Shown piece by piece: positions 47,901-57,441 of a stretch of 64,000 bases of DNA. The notes under the pieces were generated by a model. The model worked only from the letters and a program-made list of their open reading frames with translations. It was not told the origin of the DNA and ran no database searches. How positions within the stretch are numbered: position 1 is the stretch's first letter; every line of letters begins with the position of its first letter. Both the position numbers and the translations under genes were made by a program. Source of the stretch: Tubulanus polymorphus (lineage: Eukaryota > Animalia > Nemertea); NCBI RefSeq assembly GCF_964204645.1, contig NC_134031.1:372001-436000 (forward strand), read 5' to 3'.

Positions 47901-50206
47901 AATAAATCTACCGGAAACTGTACTGTCCGTGAGTGATCTGTGTTTACTTAATACTTACCTAAAAACTTCATTATAGTCTTTATGAATACCATAACACGGG
48001 AGAGAGATGAGGAGGGTTCAGGAGAGATGGGGAGAGGAGAGAGATGAGTAGGGTCCAGGAGAGATGGGTAGAGGAGAAGAGTTTTGAGGGTCCAGAAACG
48101 ATGGGGAGAGAGGAGAAATGTGCATTTTTCTACAAAGAATATAAAACCTTTAATTTAAATAAAACTTTCAATTCAACCTTATTCAAATAACCGTGAATTG
48201 AAACGTTTATAAGGTCAGGTCTCTCATTCCCTCTCGATGTCTCTCTAGCTCAAATAAACTAAAGTCAATATTGCTGCTGAAATTTAGTTTAATCACACGC
48301 CGCACACGGTGTGCTGTGTGTGCCGTGCGGTGTGCCGTGTGCCTGTACACCCCGTGTCTAGGTTTCAGTCTGATTTGCTAATGGGTTCGTAAACACTGAA
48401 AACTAAACTAAATCAACAACAAATCATTAACGATGAAACATTGAATTCTGTGATATCAGGATATAATACAGACCTGTTACCTGCATTAGATACAACCCCC
48501 TCTCACCCCCTCTCTCTCACGCCATCCTCCTCTCATCCCCTCTCTCTCTCACGCCCCTATCAAACCCCCTCTCTCTCACGCTATCCTCCTCTCACCCCCT
48601 CTCTCTCACGCTCCTCTTATCCCCCTCTCTCACGCCCCCTCTCTCACGTCCCTCTCAAACCCCCTCTCTCTCATGCCATCCTCCTCTCATCCCCCTCTCT
48701 CTCATCCCCCTCTCTCTCACACCCCTCTCTCTCACGCCCCTCTCTCTTACGCCCCTCTTTCTCACACCCCTCTCTCTCACACCCCTCTCTCGCCCAGCTC
48801 CACGCTCTTTGTCTAATACCGTATTTGACTCAACAGTTCGGAATCAATTCAATATTAATCCTATCTCAGAGTTAGATCTAATCTGAAACTCACTGACACT
48901 AACTGGATCCAGTTCGTGGTATAACTACTCAAACACTAAACTGTAGAACTGGATCTCAGGTTTATATGACATGTTTTTTTCTGGTGTATATTTCCAGTAA
49001 ACGTTGGTAAATCTCGACAGATTGTTGAATGTCACTGTTTGGGAAAAAGAATCGGACAGTTTTGTCAATATTGCGACAACGGATTCTACACGAATAAGAC
49101 ATCGCATCAGTGTTTTAAATGCGGCTGTAACGGAAACGAGAAACTCAATTCGAATAAATTATGTAACTCAGTAACAGGTATAGAATTCAAACATTCTCAG
49201 TGCAGGCAACGAGCCGAGCTTTTTGAGGGGCGGTTCTATATTTCAAGAAAATGGGCACTGATTCCGATACCATATACACCCCATCAGTTTTATAGGTGAC
49301 AAAAATTGACACCTATAAATCTAATTGGGTTGCAAAATGAGTCGTAGACTGGTCTTAAAGTTGTTAGATCGGTTATAGAAGTTGTTATGTTTTTGTTTTA
49401 GGTCGGTGCTACAATTGTAAGTTCAACACGACTGGATTCCATTGTGGTCGGTGTCTGCCTGGTTTTGAAGGAGATCCGATCATCGCTAAAAACTGTTCAT
49501 TAATAGGTACCAAATATCTATAAATCGGGCTCTAATTAAAGCTGATGAATTATATATAAAACCCAGCATTTTTACCGGTTTAAAAATTATAAAAACGAAA
49601 TTCACTTTAAGATTGAAATGAAAATGATTAGTGTACAATCAAATAATGTTCATGATTTTGAAAATAAAAACAAAACGAAACCTCTGTAATCGAGGTTCAA
49701 GTTTCATAAATAGTTCGAGCTAAAAACGGTTTAGTTTGAATTGCTTCGAAACAAGGCGTTTTAGTTTAACTTTGTTGTAAAACTGGATCGTGAAGGGCGG
49801 TAACCAATAACGAACAGTTCATCAGAGTCCAGAATTTATTACAATATTTTTAATGCTTGTATTTATAGATTACCCGCACAGAGTTCGACACCCGACACTT
49901 GCCGAGAATAAGAACGTAGTAATGGGTGTAACAGCCACATTCGGTAGCATACTGCTTATTATCATCTTCATAATCGGGTGTAAAAAATATCACACGTGGC
50001 GTCGCTGGCAGCCGCAGCCGTTCTGGACAGTAGAACTGAAAGATGACCACGAGACTGTGTCGTTCTCCTCGATGGTAGAACAGGACTATCAGAATGTCGA
50101 CGCCGCTTTGTTGATAGATGATGTTAATTACTATGATCGTGGTTTATCAGGGCAGCTCCGAGTGGGCAGTCCGGAGCCCGTTTCATACAACTCAATTAAT
50201 GCGTAA
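29614..50206 (+). CDS. MEGF9: MEGF9 orthologue: signal peptide, S/T mucin stalk, FN3, three laminin-EGF domains, TM, conserved tail
   Basis: Phase-1 exons 29614-30031, 46302-46466, 46898-47083, 47737-47928, 48998-49177, 49402-49506, 49869-50206; tail PFWTVELKDDHETVSFSS matches the MEGF9 motif PFWTIELKEDNISFSS. Joining exon 1 across 16 kb is inferred from phase and domain logic. Confidence 0.85.
30543..30797. mobile_element. MITE of the CAGGGGCGGAT family
   Basis: CAGGGGCGGATTAACAGGGG .. TTTCTGAATCCACTCCT with internal C-runs. Confidence 0.55.
31262..31550 (-). mobile_element. tRNA-Ala-like/TTAGGG composite element, copy 2
   Basis: Minus strand: TAGCGGGTATTGT leader, TGGTCTAGTGGTTAGCATGCTCGACTAGCATGCTGGAGGCTACAGGTTCGAGTCCAGC, then TAGGGTTAGGGTT blocks and a tail resembling copy 3. 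Confidence 0.8.
32170..33060. repeat. Polypyrimidine (CT/CTCTCCT)n compound microsatellite with recurring CCTGTAG
   Basis: ~900 bp nearly pure C/T on the + strand. Confidence 0.95.
33690..33960. repeat. Decayed interspersed repeat with recurring GCCATCTT motif
   Basis: TGACTAGCGGCTATCTTGAAAATCCTCATATTTGGAAGTGCAGGAAAC (33771) recurs as TGACTGGCGGCTATTTTAAAATTCTTCATTTTCGAACGTGCAGGAAAC (36354). Confidence 0.5.
34647..34837. repeat. (CTCTCCT)n heptanucleotide microsatellite
   Basis: Direct inspection. Confidence 0.95.
37603..38655. repeat. (CTCTCTCCC[A/T])n-type compound microsatellite
   Basis: ~1 kb C/T tract generating the spurious ORFs 37344-38590. Confidence 0.95.
41795..41976. repeat. (GCT)n/(GGT)n trinucleotide repeat
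   Basis: Compound CTG/GTG tract; homopolymeric ORFs in several frames. Confidence 0.95.
43152..43340 (+). repeat. 47-bp tandem repeat x4 containing a tRNA T-arm/B box
   Basis: Unit CTGTAATGATTTTAATGTGGAGGTCCCGGGTTCGAGTCAATGGGACC. Confidence 0.85.
44174..44352. repeat. ~100 bp direct duplication
   Basis: ATCCAACAGGTCCACACTAA..GGATATCAGCTCCGACTTGTGAAGTCTATACGCCGGGTTCTCGTGGG occurs twice. Confidence 0.85.
44950..45375. repeat. (CTCTCCT)n polypyrimidine tract
   Basis: Direct inspection. Confidence 0.95.
47492..47698 (+). mobile_element. Inverted pseudo-LTR-like remnant: ~88 bp inverted repeat around a minimal hammerhead motif
   Basis: Arms about 47492-47579 and 47611-47698 are near-perfect reverse complements; centre ACAC-CTGCCGA-T-GATCTC(TAGGGT)GAGATC-GAA-ACGT-C-GTGT (47581-47622). 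Confidence 0.75.
48495..48796. repeat. C/T-rich degenerate minisatellite (CCCCTCTCTCTCACG-like)
   Basis: Direct inspection. Confidence 0.85.
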
Positions 50207-50488
50207 AACATGTATGTGAGAATCGGACTGAAGAGAGAGGAGATGATGTGGGTTGGGCGAGGGGACCAGGGATGCCGGGTGGTAAAGGATCCGAGCTGCA
50301 GGGAGGCGGAGAGGTCTGCAGTCAGAGAACCTCAGCCGGGCTGGGGATGCAAATTACCAGGGCTGGCTGAGTCTGGGCCTGCGAGAGGAAATCTGGCTGG
50401 GATAGGGGAACTATATTTGGATTAGAGGACCTGGACAGGGGTTAGTGATTCAGGAATAGTCGTGTTACATGATTTGTTATCAGAGAAT

Positions 50489-50830
50489 GATAGCGGGTAT
50501 TGTTCCTCGCCTGACTGGTCACCAGTCACCCACACCTGACCGGTCACCAGTAACCCACACTGACCAGACAAACCTACAAACCCAGTCAGTCACCACAGGT
50601 GTATGGTCTGGTGGTTAGCATGCTCGGCTGGCATACAGGAGGTCGCAGGTTCGAGTCCTGCTAGGGTTAGGGTTAAATTTGAACTAGGGTTAGGGTTACA
50701 GGAAGTTAGGGTTACGGTAGATACAGATGATTGGGTTAGTGAACAGCTAGCCTAAGGGTTACGGCCTTAGTTAGCGCGAGAGTTTTGCCCAAGCTAGGTT
50801 TGGCCGTGAAAATTTTGAAATATTTTCTAA
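50489..50830 (+). mobile_element. tRNA-Ala-like/TTAGGG composite element, copy 3 (most complete)
   Basis: TAGCGGGTATTGT leader; hairpin TGACTGGT-C-ACCAGTCA; TGGTCTGGTGGTTAGCATGCTCGGCTGGCATACAGGAGGTCGCAGGTTCGAGTCCTGC; then TAGGGTTAGGGTT blocks. Confidence 0.8.
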
Positions 50831-51433
50831 ATCTCTACTTATGCTTAACTGAGCCCGGTATTGGATGTTTCTGGATTTCTGACGAGATTCTTTAAACGTA
50901 TTTATCTGATTTTTATAAGTAATATTTTATATTGTGTCACAGTTGTTTCTACATAACATCAGTGTCTATGAGACCATTACTAGAATATTTAATTAGTCTG
51001 ATAAAGTTAAGGCGCTGAGCCCGGTCTTCCAAAAGATTCCCGATCTAAATCGCATTCCATTTACTTCTTTATCAAGACAAATTAATAATTGAATTAATTT
51101 ATAACATGGTCAAAAAAGTATCAACTAAATTGATTATAATTTGATTTAATCATAGAAATTTTGCTGAGTTTCTGGATGATTCTGGATGGTTTTTATTTTT
51201 TATTTGATGTACATAAATATGTCGCGCATTTTGTTAAACTGTGTTCCAAAGATAAAAAGATGTTGTAAGTTAAATGATATGATGTTGAGAATAACAAGAA
51301 ATTTTATATATAATAAATTCCTGTTGTTTTTTTAATGAATCGATGAAACACGAGGCTGTTCCATGTGTAAGCATTCAATCGGAACGATGAGACATTTCTC
51401 CTTCGAAAGTTTTTGAAAATTTATTCAACTAAT

Positions 51434-54187
51434 TTAAGAAACCGCACAGCGAGTACCGGGCGCATGCTTAGAGTTTAACATGTTATATCGACTTTTTCCC
51501 GGTGCTGAATTTATTTCTTCTCCACCCCCGCCATCTTCTTTCTGCTATTCCTTCGCCGACAACAGGCGACAAAAATGGCGGCCATAAACGTCATGATCAA
51601 CATAGTCGAACACGTGATCAATATTATCCAATCGTCGCCGTCGGAGCTTCCTGAGGAAATGAAAATCTTATTTGAATTGAATTTTTTCGAATCGTCAAAA
51701 TTACGATAGAAATCAACAGGTGGAAATGAGAACCTTTTATCGGCTTGCTATTGGTCGAATGAACGATGACGTCATCGTCATAAACATACATCCGGTAATC
51801 GTAGACGGCGCTACTGTCAGCCGGAAGTAGTAAGTAACTGATGGGCGTGGTAAAGTTAAATGATTGACAGCTGGATTCGTTATCGTGGTTACACAGCAAA
51901 AATTTGATGACGTGATTATCATTGTTCCGTAACGATGGTAATTCTACAGTAACGCCACCTGTCGTCGTCTGAGTGACTTTGATTCGTTTAATCCACCGTA
52001 ATATTCCATTTATACCTGAAATAGGAAATAAACGGATATATGATGACGGATATCTGATGTATTTACCTGGATGTAATAGTTTAATTTTGAAGTCAGTAAA
52101 TCCTATTTGATTCTGTATAAGACACGTGTAAGACCCGTAATCGTGTACAGATACATTCATCACTCGTATCGTCCATGTTTGATTCTCCAGTTTCATTTCG
52201 AACCGACATGAATCCAGTAAGTGATCCTGTATCCCACTGTCCGCTGCGCATGACATGGTCGTACGTAGATCCCGTTTTTGGGTATATTCCATATATTTCA
52301 AGTTCGTTCTAGCTTCATATTTCACGCTAAATTTTGCACTCTTTCCCTCACGAACGACTCTTTTCAACTTGGATTCTTCGTATTTAATTGCCGGGGGACC
52401 TTGAAAATAGATGAAATAGATTAAATATCATTAGTCCCATTCTGACCGCTAGGTGGCGCTTACATAAATATTCTGTGTTCTTTGTATTTACGATTTTGCC
52501 CGCTAGGTGGTGTTCACTTGTAAATGTAGTTATGAAACTGACCTCTAGGGGGCACTCGCATTAATAGTAGCTTCCCAGTTCTTCTACTAACATGATTGTT
52601 GTTTTTTCTACCACTAGGGGGTGTTCATATGCACTGATAGAAGAACTATATGTCATGGGATATAATGTTCATTCTGGCCACTAGGGGGCACAACACAATA
52701 CATACAAATCGATTCATCTTAACGTGGTAAAACTACAGAAAATTCCGATGTAGATGGCGCTACACGTACCGTTACAAGAAGTAAGGAATGTTCCATATAA
52801 GGAAATACAATAAACGCGGACGATGATGAATTTTTGAATTTTTCCGGCAATATTTGTCTTAATGCACGAATACCAGGCGTCATGTGACCCATTTACTGCT
52901 GGAATTACGACATTCTTCATTCTGCCTAACGATTCAGGGGCTCGAGTTAACATTAACCCTTTACCTGCAACAAGCGATAAAATCATCACCTATAAAAACC
53001 ACAGATACTATCACTTATACAAAGTAAAGTCATTATAAATTTACCAAAATGGTTTTGTGGATTTCATTTTTTTAGTTATTTAAACATTTTTATGATTAAT
53101 GTCTACGAACCTTTCACCCACTCGTATGATATCGGTTGGGTGACTCCGGGACCATCTCCGTCACATTTCAGAACGAGTCTAGTTCCTTGTTTCACGTACA
53201 GATTCCTACCGTAATCACTCGTCTTAAACATGCGATGAGTTTTCGGTTCGTAATCAATCTCCACACCAGATGGCGCCACTGATGACAACAAATAACATCG
53301 AAAAAATAAAATACATTCAGAAAAGAAATGTTTTAACTGATTTATGTTGACCTTGAATTTGAAGTCTAAATTGTTTGTCAGTAAATTCAGATAATATTCT
53401 AAATAATTCTAGGATCTAACAGGAAACTATCTGAATGCGAGTTTTACCTGTGACGTTCAGTCGATTTACTCTGGTGAATACAGTATTGTTGTACGAACAC
53501 ATCCAGTTTCCGGAATGTTGCGTAGTAACGCTTTCGATAACAATACCGTACATATCACCTTGAAACCAGTTACAACTAGCGCGGATTTCACTGTCGCCAT
53601 AGTAACCAATCTTACGACCCGTTACATAAAAAAGGTTACATGTTTTGTATTAGATGATTATTTATGTTTGCGGGCTAATTGTGTTTTGTTTTAAACCCAG
53701 CGGCCAGTTGCAAACATCATGGCTCAGATTTAAGACCAGTCTCGGGCCATTTTGGTTCTACAACCGATCTAATAAATTAAGACCAGTCTCATAATTTAAG
53801 ACCACTTTTTTGGCGAGTTTTGAACTTACGTTACAGTTATGTTGAGTAAGGTTGAATTCCTGTAGCACATTGTTATCGTTGCCTAGGTGAACTACCTTGA
53901 TGACGTCACCGCAGAAACTCTCCGACGATATCACGTGACATCTCAGATAGAGGGTTTTACCGAATGTAACTGGACTATGCGTGAAATGGATGGTCATTTG
54001 TGAAAATGGTTTTAGACATGTTTCACCAGTTACTACTGTACCTACAACATATACTAGAGCTGTAAAAAACGGTACCCAGACCTTTTCGAACTGTTAGGGG
54101 AAGCCCCGGGCAAGCACGCAATTAATCCACCAATAACTTACCAATGGATAGAATTCCAATTAGATTTATTTGGATAATCCAAAGCAT
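51434..54187 (-). CDS. Type I membrane immunoglobulin-superfamily protein (signal peptide, 3 Ig, FN3-like, TM, short tail)
   Basis: Approximate exons 54187-54142, 54041-53830, 53611-53448, 53279-53111, 52964-52809, 52399-52067, 52015-51734, 51650-51434; Ig motifs LRC..HSGNWMC, LKC..W..DAWYSC, DYGSYTC; TM WIILITCSTMLIMTFMAAIFVACC then RRR; ends RCAVS*. Confidence 0.8.
52444..52761 (+). promoter_or_regulatory. Cluster of six co-oriented CTCF-like motifs
   Basis: GACCGCTAGGTGGCGCT (52444), GCCCGCTAGGTGGTGTT (52498), GACCTCTAGGGGGCACT (52540), TACCACTAGGGGGTGTT (52609), GGCCACTAGGGGGCAC (52676), CGATGTAGATGGCGCT (52746). Confidence 0.6.
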
Positions 54188-54548
54188 TTTACTTTATTTC
54201 ATCTCTGTGAACAAACTGACGTTGACTGTGCTGTGTTTATCAGCAGGCTGAGTTTATACTGAGTGCTGCATCGAATTCATCAGTATTCAGGTCATTTCAC
54301 TATTTCCTCAAAACACGTTATATAAAAATACGTTGCAAACGAATCGAATGCAACAGGATATTTCTGCGAATTACGTATAAAACTGTAGCGAATGGTGTGA
54401 GTGGGCTGGACCCAGTTCCACAGTTGTGCGGGTTTGCCTCTTAACTCTCTGGACCCAGTTCCACAGTTGTGCGGTTTACCTCTTAACTCTCTGGACCCAG
54501 TTCTAAAGAAGTTGCGGGGATTTCCCTATTATTATCTATATATATATC

Positions 54549-54579
<31 letters not shown>

Positions 54580-54630
54580 TATATATATCTTGCACAGTGG
54601 AACACAGTCAGTGATCATATCGCCACCACG

Positions 54631-56648
54631 ATGTTTCTAGCTCTTTTTCTCTTTCTTCAAGTCTTATTTGCCTTTTCTTCGGGTGAGATATCAGTTTGTT
54701 TTTAAGATTGGTGGTATATTTGGTTAGATATTATGTGATCTTACCTTTTTATTTGGTTGTTTGAAGTTTTGTAGAATTAGAAATATTTGGGATGTTTACT
54801 ACCGCCCCCCTCATCTTCGATTGCATTTACTTGATATTAACTGTATTTTTATTCTTATACCTATTTTCAACAGGTAGTGAATGGAAGTACACTCATGATC
54901 ACAGTAAGTGAAAGTTTTACTTTATTCAATATACATCGCAAATATAGAATATCAAAATAAATATGAGTTTTTGTAACTTCATAATCGAAGCTACCCTGAA
55001 TGAGCTGTACATTCATGGTTTAAAGACCTCTTAGTTCAATATCGGAATTTGTCAAATGATTCAAGGTTCAATATTCAATCGAACAATTTAAATCAAGTCT
55101 TAAAACCTTAAACCACTTTAGGTTTTGCACTAGAAGTCTCAACTGTTGAACTGTAGGCCCAGGATTCTATGAGTATAAACTGTTGTTGCCTGATTTTAGA
55201 ACCGTGGCACGAGGGACAATGTGAATCAACGGATAGACAATCACCGATTAAACTCGTGCAGACTGGTCAATGTGATCCGCTACTTCAACCGATTGTCATC
55301 AAGAATGGACATTCGAAAGTTTATCTATCAGTCATCAATAATGGCCACACCTGTAAGTCAATGAACACTAACTACAATCAAACTAACATTTTGAAAAAGA
55401 AATGGTGAAATCTTTTATTCAATTATGAAAACGGTTTGGTCGATTCTTGATATGTTATCGCTTGACCGGCTAAATTACAATTTTAATTCAATCTTTTAAA
55501 GAATTCAAACGACTTTTATTTTCAAACTGTAAATCTTACAAAACGATGAGATATTGTTGTAATTTTGATACAGTGCAACTACAAGCGATACCGGGACAAA
55601 ATCTGAATGATGTTACCGTAAATATAGACGGCACTGTGTACCAATTAAAAAAACTTGATTTCCACTGGAGGGGCGGCCCGAATTGTGCTCAAGGATCCGA
55701 ACATAAACTCGATGGAAAATTCTACGATGCCGAAGTATTTTAAACCTCAATAATTCATTGTTATTTGTCTGAATTCATGTTTGAATCGCCCTCTATGTAT
55801 ATTCTTAGCTTCACATGGTTTTCGCTGATCCCGATTCGGAGGTTGATGGTGTTCACGATAAATACGCAGTTCTCGGATTCCCCATTCGAGCGAACCGCAA
55901 GAGGGTACACATTCGATTACCTTGAATTTGGCGAAAATATCTTTGAACAGGTTCTTCTAAAATTTGCATTTCTGTTTACAGGATAACCACGCGTTCTGGG
56001 AGATATTCAGTGTTGGATTATCAACTCTTCAATCTTCTCAAGGTTTGCTATTTTCCTGTCCGCGAATAAAAGCGAAGTCAAGCAGCGTTTTTCAGGTTTC
56101 CTTTGCCAGGGTATAATGTAGTTCTATTGTTATTGCTCTTGCTGTATTTACAGTTGATAAAGCTCATTCTCATGGAAACCTCCCCGGGCATTGGATAGAA
56201 ATAAGTTACATCATCGACAACATCAATATGGGCAACTACTACAGATACGAGGGTAGTCTAACAACGCCCCCTTGTAGCGAAAATGTGAAATGGACAGTAT
56301 TCCGAGAGCCGTTAACAATGTCACCTCATCAGGTAAATATAATAGGAGAGTTGGGAGTTCCGATCCCTATTAAAACAGCAAGTCTCTCCGCTGAAATAAT
56401 GAAGGCTTATATTTCAGATGAAATAAACTAAAGCTGTTACGTGTCGACCCGTTATATATATAGAACATAGACACGGATTTTATTCTAAAAAAAATAGAAC
56501 AAATCGTTGTGAAAATCCGTTTAATTTTATGCATTTTCAGTTGCGTCAACTGCAATCTTTGCCGGTGATCGGTAGAATTGGAAACTATCGCGAAGCTTTC
56601 GACGCTACCGCGGACAACAAGGTTGAATTTAGTTGCGTCAAGAAATAA
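54631..56648 (+). CDS. Secreted alpha-carbonic anhydrase paralogue 1 (first zinc ligand His to Asp)
   Basis: Signal exon [18 protein letters not shown], 30-nt microexon 54874-54903, RQSPI, NNGHT, KKLDFHW, GSEH, DAE|[26 protein letters not shown], last exon ending FSCVKK*; 8 exons in frame. Confidence 0.9.
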
Positions 56649-57441
56649 AACTCTCTAGAAAATATTCCGTACAAAAATTCGATAATTTTTTGTTTTAATT
56701 GTTAATATTAATCAATGTTTTAAATCCGTTCTGGTTTACGGGAGATTTATTTGTGTTCAATAAATACTAAATTCAGTAATATCATAAAGATTTAATAGTT
56801 TTTTTGACTGTATCGTAAGAAAAGGACTCGAACCACATAAACTCCTGTCACAGTCAGGATCGAACCGAGGTGAAACATGATCCAGCGCGATTTCAGTTGT
56901 TTCATTTTTAAGAACTTAATGCACATATTGTCTCATAGATGGCGAACGGGTGTTCGATACTTCATACTGCCCACAGTGTTGCGCGTGCTTAATTTGACTT
57001 AAAACAAGGCTATGTTGGTTTAATTTGACTCCAATTCCGCGAACGATTTGACTCTTGATCCAGTTCTTAGGCAGTTTATAGGACTAATTTCATTCGGGAC
57101 TCAATATTTGCGGGTCTATTATTTAACCCTTGATCCAGTTGTATTAATGCACAGCACGATTTATCACACGTTACAGCGGATCAATGTATGTGAAACAGAG
57201 TATAATCGATGCCCGGGTCAACGATTTCCTTATATTCCACTGAAGCATTAAAACTGTGTGTTCGATATTACGATTTGATTGGTCAGATCTAGAAAAATGC
57301 GTTTGTGAAAAGTTATAAATTCGTAAGAAGTTATTCAGGTATTAAAGGTAGGTTAAACGGTTAAACCACACCTGTGACAGCTCACGCACAGTGGCACAGT
57401 GATATTTCATTAACGACCGAGGACGCATCAGCAACACCACC

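Noticed and set aside
50598-50670. Functional tRNA-Ala gene (also at ~40-105 and ~31388-31450)
   Set aside because: Anticodon stem does not pair, the 3' acceptor stem is replaced by TTAGGG, and the copies are diverged parts of a larger repeat.
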